Positions 45,198 through 57,225 of a stretch of 64,000 nucleotides of DNA are shown here, in pieces. The stretch comes from Albugo candida (lineage: Eukaryota): positions 1 through 64,000 of the forward strand of contig JBDOQK010000081.1 of assembly GCA_040437565.1 (NCBI GenBank), read 5' to 3'. The notes beneath the pieces are model-generated. The model saw nothing but the letters and a program-made list of their open reading frames with translations. It did no database searches and was not told the origin of the DNA. Within the stretch, counting starts at the first letter, position 1. Each line of letters starts with the position of its first letter. The position numbers and the translations under genes were made by a program.

Positions 45198-46742
45198 ATG
45201 TCATCTCACAACGATAACTGCAATCAACGCGAAATGGAAATTCCTCCACTCTCACAACAAAACATCGAAAGCGCCGTCACTGAGCTGCGTCACCACTTTG
45301 ATTCCGGTGCTACTCGCAATGATTTCCATCTCCGTGAAACCCTCCTCCATCAGCTACAAACCCTCTTAATCGAAGGACAACGACTGCTCGAGAGCGCACT
45401 ATTCAAAGATCTTCACAAACACTCTTCTGAATATTATTTAACTGAAATGCAAGGTGTGTTACTTGAAATCCAAAATCATATCCGAAATTTCAGAAAATGG
45501 GCACAACCGAAATGGAAATGTACAAATGTACTCAATCTCCCAGCTTCTTCGTACGTGCGCCCGGAGCCATTTGGCGTCGTCTGCATCATTGGATCATGGA
45601 ACTTTCCCGTCTACCTGATTCTGATGCCATTGGTTGGCGCTATAAGCAGCGGAAATTGCACACTTTTGCGGCTTCCGGACGACGACACCTGCACCCACAC
45701 GATCGCGGCTTTGATCCATTTATTCGACAAGTATGTGGACACCAGGTACGTCCAAGTGGTTCATGGTGGAATTGAGGAGACAAAGACCGTGTTAAAGCAG
45801 AAATTCGATCTGATTCTGGGCACTGGAAGCGAGCATCTTGGTCGGATTGTGTCGCGTGCGGCCGCAGAACACTTGACGCCTGTGATTTTGGAGCTTGGAG
45901 GCAAATCACCATGTGTCGTCGATGAGACCGCAGAGATCGATTTGGCAGCACGAAGAATCGTATGGGGAGCATTCTTGAATGCTGGTCAATTGTGTCTCCG
46001 TCCGGATTATCTCCTGGTGGATAAGCGAGTCGGAGAGCAGTTGATGGAAGCGATTGCAAAGTGTATCAAACAGTATTTCGGCGCGGATCCTTTGCAGAGC
46101 GACAGCTATGGCCGTGTGATCCATAAACGCTCGTTTGATCGACTTCAATCGATTTTGGAGAAAGACGGTACATTTGTGAGTTATGGAGGGAAGATGAACG
46201 CTGAGAAATTGTACATTTCGCCGACGGTGCTTGATTACAAAAGCGATCTTCTCCATTTCGAACGAAGCAGTGCGATGGAAAAAGAGCTGTTCGGACCAAT
46301 TTTGCCGGTTTTCTATTACGACAGCCTCGAACAAGTGTACATGCTGATCCAAAATCGACCCAAACCATTGACAATGTCATTTTTCAGCAACAACAAAGAT
46401 CGTCAACGCGACTTTCTCTCAAAAACATCGTCTGGAAGCTGTTGTTTCAACGACGTATCGGTGCAAGTGCTGAATCTCAACCTTCCATTAGGAGGCGTTG
46501 GGAATTCCGGCTCGGGAATGTACCACGGCCGGTACTCGTTCGATTCCTTCAGTCACCATCGCGCCATTCTGTACAAATCGACTTGGTTGGATCTCCCTGT
46601 TCGATATCCGCCATACACAGAGGATAAGAAACGAACGCTGCATTTCCTCGTCCAAGTCGCTCAATTGCATGCATGGAAGCCCGTCCTAGCGACATTTCTC
46701 AGTGTAATTGCTGTGTGCACGGCAATGTACTTTGGCGCTTAA
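45198..46742 (+). CDS. Class 3 (fatty) aldehyde dehydrogenase with C-terminal membrane anchor
   Basis: EPFGVVCIIGSWNFP, LELGGKSP, catalytic NAGQLC, ELFGPILP, GGVGNSGSGMYHG, RYPPY, hydrophobic tail. Confidence 0.95.
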   Translation: MSSHNDNCNQREMEIPPLSQQNIESAVTELRHHFDSGATRNDFHLRETLLHQLQTLLIEGQRLLESALFKDLHKHSSEYYLTEMQGVLLEIQNHIRNFRKWAQPKWKCTNVLNLPASSYVRPEPFGVVCIIGSWNFPVYLILMPLVGAISSGNCTLLRLPDDDTCTHTIAALIHLFDKYVDTRYVQVVHGGIEETKTVLKQKFDLILGTGSEHLGRIVSRAAAEHLTPVILELGGKSPCVVDETAEIDLAARRIVWGAFLNAGQLCLRPDYLLVDKRVGEQLMEAIAKCIKQYFGADPLQSDSYGRVIHKRSFDRLQSILEKDGTFVSYGGKMNAEKLYISPTVLDYKSDLLHFERSSAMEKELFGPILPVFYYDSLEQVYMLIQNRPKPLTMSFFSNNKDRQRDFLSKTSSGSCCFNDVSVQVLNLNLPLGGVGNSGSGMYHGRYSFDSFSHHRAILYKSTWLDLPVRYPPYTEDKKRTLHFLVQVAQLHAWKPVLATFLSVIAVCTAMYFGA

Positions 46743-46766
46743 GTCGTTCTAATCGTAATGGGATCT

Positions 46767-48194
46767 TTACTTTTCTCGTTGCAAGCTCTTCTCAGCAAAT
46801 CGACAAAGCTCCTTGTGCGTCCATACGCGTTCCGAATCATCGTTTGTCGACACTGGAGGCAGTCTACACGCCTTCGCCTTGCTACTTGGCTTGACAACGA
46901 CACCGTCACGATCGTCTGTAAAGGTTGGTATCTCCAATTGGATCACAGTCGATGGATCCGATGACAAATGAGCGAGTCGTTTGCCGACAGGTACGTAATG
47001 AGTTTTCTCTTTCGAATTCGATCGTTGTGCTTGAACCAATGCGCTTATAAACACCTCAATGGCCTGAAGGTATTCAAAGACATTATGGTTTGTGATTTCC
47101 TGCCCGAATTTCAAATAAAGTCGTGCATCCTCCGACTTGCCGATATTCTCTTCCGAGCTCATACTGCCCGCATGAAGGAGAAGCGTGTAGATGGAATGGA
47201 TCGATGCCTTCACTCGTGTCAATTGTCCGTTCCATTGACACTGTTCCGCGTCAATCGCTCGCTGTTTGATGTCTTCCTCGCGAATGCGTTCGTCCATTTG
47301 TGCACGCGAGTGCTTAGGATCACATCGAGCGTTCGATTCGGCTTTGGACATATCAATGGCTCGTTCCATTTCTTCACATTGGCGATGCACACGTATTTGC
47401 TCATGCTGCAAGTCTTCGATCCGTTGGAATCGCTTGAAATTCGCATCTTCTTTCTCCAGCAGCGTTTGTATCAGCTTTTCCATTTTCTCAAGTCGCACGC
47501 TCCGAATGGATTCCACCCAAACTTCCAAAGCAGTTGCCATTTGATGCTTTTGTACGTCACGATTATGGACAGAAGCTTTACTTTTTCGCACGGACGATAT
47601 CGCTGGAACGTTCGGATACGCTTTCATCTCATTCCATTGCGTCATTTCGTCTGCAAATTGGATTTCCTCATTCTCCACACGCACTTGCAACGCTTCCATC
47701 TGATGCTCGACGCATTCCTTTGCTTGAAAATGTATCGCAAGCTCACGTTTCCAACTCGAAAGCTTATGGAAACACTCTGTCGCCTCACGCTCCATTTTGG
47801 AATACTCGGCGTCAGAAATGCTTCGTTCGCGTTGAAATCGATCCAATTGGACGCACAAATGCGCGTTCACGGCATCCGTCTCATTCCGCTTCACCAATGC
47901 GACTTCCAAGCGATTCTCAAGCGATAACGTCCGCGAATACGCACATTGTGGTCTTTGAATGCGATTCCTTTCCAATTCCGAGCGCGTTTTATGTATTTGC
48001 ATTTCCAATTGTTTCCTATTCATTTGACTTTTCACGAGTTTCTGTGTGTAGAAACTCATCTGTTTATGGATCAAATCGATATGACGCAACAGCTGGACGC
48101 CTTCTTTGACGTCGCGAGTGTCACGTTCGATCATTTCCTTCAGCTTTCGACTCTGTTGACGTATTTCCGCTCCATTACGTTCGTCCTTCCGCAT
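46767..48194 (-). CDS. Outer dynein arm docking complex subunit DC2-like (CCDC114/ODAD1 family)
   Basis: Coiled coil with LENRLEVALVKRNE..N..L...LD...RER, EDANFKRF and ITNHNVFEYLQAIE, matching recalled DC2 motifs. Confidence 0.8.
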   Translation of the reverse strand: MRKDERNGAEIRQQSRKLKEMIERDTRDVKEGVQLLRHIDLIHKQMSFYTQKLVKSQMNRKQLEMQIHKTRSELERNRIQRPQCAYSRTLSLENRLEVALVKRNETDAVNAHLCVQLDRFQRERSISDAEYSKMEREATECFHKLSSWKRELAIHFQAKECVEHQMEALQVRVENEEIQFADEMTQWNEMKAYPNVPAISSVRKSKASVHNRDVQKHQMATALEVWVESIRSVRLEKMEKLIQTLLEKEDANFKRFQRIEDLQHEQIRVHRQCEEMERAIDMSKAESNARCDPKHSRAQMDERIREEDIKQRAIDAEQCQWNGQLTRVKASIHSIYTLLLHAGSMSSEENIGKSEDARLYLKFGQEITNHNVFEYLQAIEVFISALVQAQRSNSKEKTHYVPVGKRLAHLSSDPSTVIQLEIPTFTDDRDGVVVKPSSKAKACRLPPVSTNDDSERVWTHKELCRFAEKSLQREK

Positions 48195-48224
48195 CGCTAT
48201 TTTTGGAGCGTGTACGTCACAAAG

Positions 48225-51200
48225 TCAAAAGTAATTGCTTCGGATAAACTGCTCCGACGTCTGACGATCGCGGGACACGAAATGACGTATCTGATGGCTT
48301 CCATACAGTCGAAGAAGCGCTGTACGCCTCCGATTGCTCAGATGAAGCGGTCGACCGCGACGGAGGTACACGTCGTCTTCTCCAAACGCATCGACATACA
48401 CGGATGGAAAGTAACAACTTCGAGCGTTATCGAGCAACAGCGTCCAAGTGGAACGAACGAGGAAGAAGCATCCGACTCCTTCGCCACAATTCGCAGCGTG
48501 TCGCGTGCATGCGCCTTTGCCATTTTGTCGGCAGCAATCGGTTCCTCCGCATACGATCGTCCCACAAATCATACAAATCGCTGGATTCTCCATAACATCC
48601 AATGTGCTCGGACACGGAGTCTTACGCATAATGCGAGCATACAACGTCACAAAGCTCGCAGGTAATGGAATCATTGTGATGGTCGCATACTCGACGCGAG
48701 GAATCGTTCGAATGGGAAGGCTCCGAAGACCGTTCATGCCGTTTGACGCGTGTGCCTGCAACAAGTCCATCAATTCCACGTCGTCAATGACAGCCTGAAC
48801 GCTGGGAATGCCGAGTTGCACGCTCAATTGATGCAAGTCAGAGGTCNNNNNNNNNNNNNNNNNNNNNNNNNNNNNNNNNNNNNNNNNNNNNNNNNNNNNN
48901 NNNNNNNNNNNNNNNNNNNNNNNNNNNNNNNNNNNNNNNNNNNNNNAATGGAATCATTGTGATGGTCGCATACTCGACGCGAGGAATCGTTCGAATGGGA
49001 AGGCTCCGAAGACCGTTCATGCCGTTTGACGCGTGTGCCTGCAACAAGTCCATCAATTCCACGTCGTCAATGACAGCCTGAACGCTGGGAATGCCGAGTT
49101 GCACGCTCAATTGATGCAAGTCAGAGGTCAGACGCAACGAAGACACAAAGTTGGCATACTCTCTGGCATCGGGATCATCGATTCCGCGGAATATCGCACG
49201 ACAAAGCATTGTCATTTGTCGGAGATGACGCGACATATTACATACGAAAAGATGTCGTCGGAAGAGTGTTTTTCGTGCGAATGGAATGTCTGCTGCCACA
49301 CAAAGTCTTTGGATCAGAATATCGACTGCGTCCTCGTCCGTCGATACGTTTTCGGTATCCATTTGGTGTTCCCATCGCGCGATTTGAAGCGCCGTTTGAG
49401 CCATACAAAGCACCGCAAAGGATCGGATCGTACGGAGAACATGAGCTTTTTCAAAGAGCATACTTCCACATATCGCCACAGTGAGAAGGAAGAGATCATT
49501 TTCAAAAAGCGGTTTTTTCGCGTGCGGTTGTAAGACGTTCAAAAACGATACGAAATGACTGCACGAAATCTCAGCATTTTCGAAGAGAATATGTGCGGAA
49601 GAGAGTGCGCGAAGCAATTGATTCGCTTTGGCGTCGTCACGCGGAGTGCATGGATCCAATTGCTGGTCAGAAAATGGCGATAATGCGATTCCAAGGGCTT
49701 TTTCGGTCGTATTGTCCGAAATTTGAAGATGTGATAATTGCGTTTCCATCGAATTGAATGGATATGTGGCCATGGAAACCCCGTGAAGCTGAAGAAGGGT
49801 CCACGTCGATGCGACAGCTTGCCACATGTGCCGACACATATCCAAAGGCTCGACGTCTTTCACTGTTTTTAAAGGCACAAACGATCGACCGAATGATTCC
49901 ATTGCTTCTTTGTGGACGTCCATGCGTCTCGGAGTCTCACGCACACTTTGAAGGAGATCGCACGCAAGCCATTGACGTACATGAAACGTATTCTCTCGCA
50001 ATGAAAGGACATTTTCCATAGCTTTTCGGTCGGAAGCGCGTGGAGGAACAAATGGAATCAAAAGTGAGCTCAATGACTGACACATTGGACACAGAAATTC
50101 GGATGCGAATGCGTCAAATGCGATATTGGCATTCACATTCATCGCCAAGCGATCTTCTTCGACACGAAGCGCTCGTTGAGGTCGCACGGAAGTCATATAC
50201 TCTTTCCAGCAAATGAGATGAACGGCGTGGCCACAGAGCGAAATGAACATATCAAAAGACTTTATGTCACTGCATTCCATCGACGTGTGTGTCGCGACTC
50301 GGCTTCGTTGCATGTGGCCAATGTACATGATGGAAGCGTGTGGTTTGCATTGCGAGCATATGATACAATCGGGCGAGTCTTCTTCCTCCAATGCGACTTT
50401 TACAGTGCTTTCCAAAGCGGCAAATGTGTTGGATTCCGTGAACGCTTGTTGTCGCGATCGCATGGCGTCGATCGCGTTTTGTTGGATTCGTTTCTGAAGC
50501 TCTTTCTTGCACGATGGAGGACACATGGACGTATGTTCCTCGTGTGATTCCAAAAACAAACGACAATATGGATCCAATTCTTTCAATGTCGTAAGAAGCC
50601 ATTTCATGACGGAAATGGTCACTTTATGTGCTTGGAAATCGTCGCATAGAAAATGGGAATATCGATGGAGAAGTGCCAGCAGACTCGCTTCATGAACATC
50701 GACCGTCTCGACAATGTGTTGGGATACGCGTTGTCGTTTGACGCTTTTCGCGTCGACAAATGCGAATTCCTTTGGTCCAAAACGAAAGTATTTGACAGTC
50801 TCACGACATTCCGTTCGACGAATTCTCAGTACGGCGACATTCAAAAGATGGAGAACGTATGTAAGAACAGCGTCACTGCACAAGCGATTCTCCGTGTCGG
50901 TGTGCCCACACGCTTTATGGAATGCGATTTCCAGCAATGCTCTCAGAATTCCAATCAAATTCGCATCCAATGTGACGTCATACAACTCGGAAAATGACTC
51001 GTGTTCCAAATTCGAAATCAATGGAATCGGCGCATCGTTCAATTTCCATTCACGAAATATCGCTTCGTATCGATTCAATTGAGCTTTCTCGTGGCTGGCG
51101 CGTGAGATATGGAAAAAGATCGGATCGTATTCATTCCGCCACACGTTTTTCTTCAACGTATAGCGACACGGCTCTGCGATATCGCGCGTTGGAATTGGGA

Positions 51201-54200
51201 CACCAATATCGTTCAATATCGCATCGACATGCAACGATTCCAAATGTGGCAATAACGTCTTATCGAAAAGCTGTGAGCGCGTTCGTGGCTCCACTGCTAA
51301 TCGATGAACGAGCTCACGTCGAAGAATGCAATCCGATGAACAAGTGGACACCACCGATTGCGTGATGATCCATAAAAGAGTCTGTAATGCATTCTCTAAA
51401 AGTGTGATGATTCTATCGNNNNNNNNNNNNNNNNNNNNNNNNNNNNNNNNNNNNNNNNNNNNNNNNNNNNNNNNNNNNNNNNNNNNNNNNNNNNNNNNNN
51501 NNNNNNNNNNNNNNNNNNGGCGCGTGAGATATGGAAAAAGATCGGATCGTATTCATTCCGCCACACGTTTTTCTTCAACGTATAGCGACACGGCTCTGCG
51601 ATATCGCGCGTTGGAATTGGGACACCAATATCGTTCAATATCGCATCGACATGCAACGATTCCAAATGTGGCAATAACGTCTTATCGAAAAGCTGTGAGC
51701 GCGTTCGTGGCTCCACTGCTAATCGATGAACGAGCTCACGTCGAAGAATGCAATCCGATGAACAAGTGGACACCACCGATTGCGTGATGATCCATAAAAG
51801 AGTCTGTAATGCATTCTCTAAAAGTGTGATGATTCTATCGAGTCCAAAACGAGCACAAGTCGCATCGGAGAAGTCTGTTTGGGGATTCACGAGATTTTCG
51901 AGCGTATCTGTCAAGCCGAATCGATGGAAAAACATGCTGAGAAATATATCTTTCTCCATCGTTGTGACTGCCATTTGGATGAGAAAGACATCGATATCGC
52001 GAAAGGAACGACACCACGGCAAATTCGTGTAGTAAAGCAATTGTTGGGACATTATTTGACCATTTCGGACCCAAAGACCGCTTTGAATGTGTGCTGAGAA
52101 AATGAGAGTACGAAGTGGGAATTCAAAAAGCGCCGATACCAATTGCTTGGCGTCGATTGTGTTTTGAAGATCGCATGGAAGCGAAGTGGAAAGAAGCTTT
52201 TGACGACACTCTGTGGATTCCAATTGACGAAGAAAAAGTCCAAACATTGTGTGCAGCGGATAATGAAATGACACTGGCACACTGCTTCCGAGCATATCGT
52301 ATTGCACCATCGATTTCGGTTCCAATGTGAAGACAGAAGATGTTTTATTCTCCCAATGCGATCGAATGAATCGCATGATACTTTGTGATGCGTACATGTG
52401 CTTCCAAATGCATTCAAAGACTTTGGGAATATCGACAGACGACGTCGAGTGATTCGTACAGAGCGAACGACAGAGTGTCACACACAGCCGATGGATTTGT
52501 GTTTGGAAGCTGAATGCCGCATGCCATTTTTGGGATTCAAATGTCACGTGTGCCTGCGTCTCGTCGATCCATTTCTGTGCATCCAAATGCTGCGTCTGTC
52601 GAAGAAATGAGAACCAAAGGTCGAGGATATCGTCTCGGGAAAGCATTTCATGAGCCATCGAGGGAATATGAAGCACGTAGCCCAAGTGATCCATCAGGTA
52701 AGTGCATCGGCTGTATCGGAGCACAAAATGACCGCAATCAATCGATCGAGAGTCGTCACACGTAAAAGGAATCGATGACGAGACTTCCGAGACGCAAACT
52801 TTGGCACTTTCAATCGCCGACAAAAGCAAATTCAAAAGCAGTTTGAGGATATCAAAAGTGTTTGGATGGTGGATAGCGGTGACGATCGAAGGCGTTGTGA
52901 AGAGCTGAACTCCGTATTGGAATATCGATTCTCGTTGGGTTCCAATTCCGCTAATGTATCGTATCATCAAAGGCTCATATACGCTCATGAATCCCCACGA
53001 AAATGCGACTTTAATGGCTTTTTCGGTCTGAAGTTTGAGATATAAATCGTATAATTCCAACGCCAATTCCTTCCGATAAAACGGATCCGAAGAAAGCCAT
53101 ACTTTCAGCGGAGGAGAACAGTTATTTGTGAGGAAAAGCTGTTGACAAAATACAATTTGATACGTCTCATTTTCGACACATTTCTGAAGCCATTTCAATA
53201 CATTGAGAATCATTTTCTCCTGCGCCAAATGACGTTCCGATATGATTGAGACGTGCCACCCTTCCGCTTGGAACGCTTGCATGAGCTCTGTCGCCTCGTA
53301 CAGAGTCATATTGGACCTTACGATTGTGCTTCCTTGTGTATCGATCGTATTGGTAAGCTGTCGAGCCGAATGAATACGCTTTTCAATCAGCGAATGAACC
53401 AATTCGTTATCGGAATGGATGTCATCGTTCGAGATCCTCAGATGAAATATCTTGGCCAGATTTCGTTCATTCGCCTGCACGTGTCGACCGCATGTGCTCC
53501 AATAATGCTCGAGATCTTTCCGGCCTTGAATCGTGACGCTGGGAATCTCAAAGCTTCCGGCGATTTGCACGGCCAATAAACCGACAATTTCAATCAAATT
53601 TGCAAACAAATGCGTCATCAATTGCCATTCGCATGTGTCCAAGCTCCTCACCGATAGTACACTGCTCGTACTCAGCCATTCTTCCGTGTAATTGCGTGGA
53701 GATTTTACATGTGTTCCCATTGCGATCGAAAGAGATGACAATGTGTAGCGCTCCTTTGCGTTTTCGTCGACGAATGATTCCTGTGAATGAGTTGTACAAA
53801 AACCGGTCGGTTTCCATGCTTCTGCGTCGCCGCAATCACACNNNNNNNNNNNNNNNNNNNNNNNNNNNNNNNNNNNNNNNNNNNNNNNNNNNNNNNNNNN
53901 NNNNNNNNNNNNNNNNNNNNNNNNNNNNNNNNNNNNNNNNNAGCTTCCGGCGATTTGCACGGCCAATAAACCGACAATTTCAATCAAATTTGCAAACAAA
54001 TGCGTCATCAATTGCCATTCGCATGTGTCCAAGCTCCTCACCGATAGTACACTGCTCGTACTCAGCCATTCTTCCGTGTAATTGCGTGGAGATTTTACAT
54101 GTGTTCCCATTGCGATCGAAAGAGATGACAATGTGTAGCGCTCCTTTGCGTTTTCGTCGACGAATGATTCCTGTGAATGAGTTGTACAAAAACCGGTCGG

Positions 54201-54653
54201 TTTCCATGCTTCTGCGTCGCCGCAATCACACATTCCGCCCGGAAGTGTGGTGTGGAAATAAATCTCGTGGCCCGCGTGATCGCTGTTTTCGTAACAATTA
54301 AAGCAAATAACGCACGTTTCGTCGGTCTGACACGTCTTACAATTGAATGCCAAGTCGTTTTTCTGAAAGATATAGCCGCAATACGCGTTGTCGTTTTTTT
54401 TCGAATCGTTTGACGTCGTTTTTGCGTCGGAATGAGAGGTTCTTTCAAGTGCACAAAGTGATTGAATTGCGTTGAGGAAATGTGTTATTTCCGAGTCGAT
54501 ACATTGCGTTTCGTTTGCGTTGAAATACATTTTGTGAAGAAAAGACGGTAAGGAATGCGTACAGAAACGATCAGTCGATTCTGTCGCCCATAAAGCGCGT
54601 AATTGCGCAATTGCGGCGACGGTCGATTCCGTCGACATAGCGTCGATTTCCAT
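48225..54653 (-). CDS. UBR1/PRT6-like N-recognin E3 ubiquitin ligase, ~1777 aa after collapsing three gap duplications
   Basis: UBR box (CGYIF..CKTCQTDETCVICFNC..HAGH..GGMCDCGDAEAWK..FC..H), ClpS-like NDDIHS, GLWVRNG, RING CIIC..CGHAVHLIC..EFLCPMC, C-terminal YVDAFGEDD..LRRGRPL. Removing 283+422+390 nt yields a single frame. Confidence 0.94.
48664..54231. repeat. Three gap-flanking duplications within the UBR gene
   Basis: 48664-48846 = 48947-49129; 51097-51418 = 51519-51840; 53552-53841 = 53942-54231. Confidence 0.95.
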
Positions 54654-54931
54654 TGATTTGTGATTGGTCGAAATTACTTCATCGAATGCGAGAAAGAATT
54701 TTGCTACCGCTTTGCGTCGATGCCAACGAATGGAGCCGATACACAGCGTCCAAACAGGCATTACACCGTCTTACAAGGCGCAATATCGCTCCACTACCTC
54801 TCATCCCGTGGTCATCGAAATATCCGCTCGCGTTTACGCAGAATACCGTCAAAACGAGCCGGGAATTCCACCGCAGACTAATGTCTTAAATAATACTTTT
54901 TATTATCTCACTTTACAGAACGACGTGAATC

Positions 54932-56437
54932 CTATATCTTTGATACGCCTTGAGGTCTTCTTCTGTGAACCGCTCGGACGATAGATTCCACGCCCAAAGC
55001 ACTGAGAAAATTGTCTTCGAGACCGAGGAATTTCATTCGGGGACATGAGCCATTGGCCAGGACTTTGGTGATGGAAGGCACACAGTTGTCCGATATAATG
55101 TTTCCGCTCATGTCCAAATACATCAGCTGCTTACATCGCTTCCCGGCGAGTGCTGTCATAATTCGCTTGACTCCAATTTCGCCTATAAAATTTCGACCAA
55201 TGTCGAGACGAGTTAGTTGGGTCGATATGCGCGAATTGAGAAGCCACGCGATGTCAACTGTTCCAAAATCTGAAATGTTGTTTCCACTCATTAGCAACTT
55301 TTGTATATGAGGACATTTGCCTCGCGTGAGGACACGACAAAGCGCATGTAATCCGTTTATTTGATACGTATTGTTGAACGTTGAAATCAATCCGAGTTCA
55401 CGGAGCATTCGTCCACCACCGCGTTCCAATGCCTCGGCAAGCTGTAAGACGATTATCTCACTGAGCTGCTCACGATCAGAGTCGATATCGGACATGTTCC
55501 ATGCGACCGCTTCTGTTTGTTTGTCACGGTTGGATACATTCAATCGCGTCAGATTTGTGAATGGTTGGAGGATATCGGTCGAGTGTCGTGTGAATGCTCG
55601 CTGAAGCTGATAAATCTCCACGTCCAAAGAGTATACACAACCGGGTAATACGTCTGCAGCATACTGACAAACTTTCCTGCATTGAATCGTTTCAACGCCT
55701 GTCAAATAGCTGAAAATCCCACGCAAGAGGTCTTCATGCAGCGAGAATAACGTCAAATTCGCGTGTGCATTTGTGGCCAGCTCGCGCGTCCCAATTGTCC
55801 TTCTCTTTTTGTAATTTCCAAAAGATCGTATGGAGTGCGATCCTTTTCGTTTTCCGAGGATGTTGAGAACCTTTCGGTGTTGTTTTCGCTTTGCAGCAGC
55901 TGCCTCGCGAAAACTCGAGCAAACGAGTGACTGAAGACGACGACGAAGTGAGTTGAGATCACAATACTCCTCAAAGGATGCGGCTCGTGAGTATAGTGAG
56001 AGCTCAATTCGTTTCGCCAGAGACGGAGTGCGACCGGAAGCGAGTCCGTTTGTTCTTTGCATCGCATTAATTCGAGTCATTGCGATGATCCGTTGTACCA
56101 TAAGTCGGCGTTGTGGTAAGTCTGCTTCTGACTGCCAATGCCTCAAATCGGAAGTGTACCATTCGGCGAGCAACTCGGAGGAATTATTGAGCAATTTTGA
56201 CGAATCAGAAGACTGATTCTGGAAATTTGATTTTAAAAGATTTGGCGCATTGAGAACACTCAATGGGTCGATAAACACTGAAGCGTGTGAGTGTGAGTTT
56301 TGAGACGTCGGAGTGCATACGCTGACATGAGCCCATGAACCTGACACACTATCGATTGATTGAGGTGTTTTGCTTTCGTCTTCTTTGATGCTCGCAGTAG
56401 TGTATATGGTGTGAGGAAGTGATGTCGCTAAAGCCAT
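54932..56437 (-). CDS. KIX-like + F-box-like + RNI-type leucine-rich repeat protein, 501 aa
   Basis: WQSEADLPQRRLMVQRI...LAKRIELSLYSRAASFEEYCDLNSLRRRLQ; LFSLHEDLLRGIFSYL..CRKVC; LxLxxNxIxDxG-type repeats. Confidence 0.85.
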   Translation of the reverse strand: MALATSLPHTIYTTASIKEDESKTPQSIDSVSGSWAHVSVCTPTSQNSHSHASVFIDPLSVLNAPNLLKSNFQNQSSDSSKLLNNSSELLAEWYTSDLRHWQSEADLPQRRLMVQRIIAMTRINAMQRTNGLASGRTPSLAKRIELSLYSRAASFEEYCDLNSLRRRLQSLVCSSFREAAAAKRKQHRKVLNILGKRKGSHSIRSFGNYKKRRTIGTRELATNAHANLTLFSLHEDLLRGIFSYLTGVETIQCRKVCQYAADVLPGCVYSLDVEIYQLQRAFTRHSTDILQPFTNLTRLNVSNRDKQTEAVAWNMSDIDSDREQLSEIIVLQLAEALERGGGRMLRELGLISTFNNTYQINGLHALCRVLTRGKCPHIQKLLMSGNNISDFGTVDIAWLLNSRISTQLTRLDIGRNFIGEIGVKRIMTALAGKRCKQLMYLDMSGNIISDNCVPSITKVLANGSCPRMKFLGLEDNFLSALGVESIVRAVHRRRPQGVSKI

Positions 56438-57225
56438 TTGGGAAATGATGGGAATGACTCGTTGATTATGCAGTAAGTAAATACGGGTGGCTATGTGTTA
56501 GGTGTTCAATCAGTTGGCAGTGAATCAGATTAAATGGTGTCCACGTGCTCAAGCTCAAGCAAATTTGATTTTGGTAAAAATTGCATTGTCATGCCACGAG
56601 ACGAACCCACCACACAACACACCAAAAGTCATAGAAAAGTCATTGATTTAACGCCTCTCCTCTTCCTTTACAGGCGATAGTCATTTCAATGGAGCATGAC
56701 CAGGTTTTAAAACCGGTATTAGCACCTGGAACGATGTTTGTTCATCACACTATACCAGAGGATAAGGACGCAACTTTTCCAAATGAAGATAGGGTCTTGA
56801 AGAAGACCGCGGTCATAGGCAACAGAAACTGCTGTCTAGATTACAATGTGCTGCGAGCTTGAGGTGTTATGACTCAACGTACATGAAGTAAGATACGAAA
56901 CCTGTAGGAACCGTACACCATCGTACCGGAAAATGAATCAGATGGGCCACAGTGGAGTGATGTCAAAATACTCTCATCACAAGTTGCCTGCAAGACAGGG
57001 TTTTACAGTCATGGCCTGACTTTATACTAGTTGAATTATTGGTGAACTGATTTTACGTGTTTAATACGGCTTTCTAGGATTTTTTGACAGTTGACACGTA
57101 AAGTAGCAGCTAGAATCACCCGATTGCTTCGTGCCGAGCGAATGAAGGTCGGAAACCTCGTTTTATACGTAGTACTTAATTCTGGTATGTCTGGTGGCAT
57201 GTATAAGCCACAACCGTATGGCAGG

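Noticed and set aside
46968..48665. Long plus-strand ORFs (319, 191, 239 aa)
   Set aside because: Antisense shadows of the DC2-like and UBR genes, with no recognisable motifs and the F/L/H-rich composition expected opposite E/K/M-rich coding sequence.
53552..54231. Apparent tandem duplication of part of the UBR box in the 1121-aa ORF
   Set aside because: Identical copies flank an N gap; the 390-nt offset happens to keep the frame. Assembly overlap.
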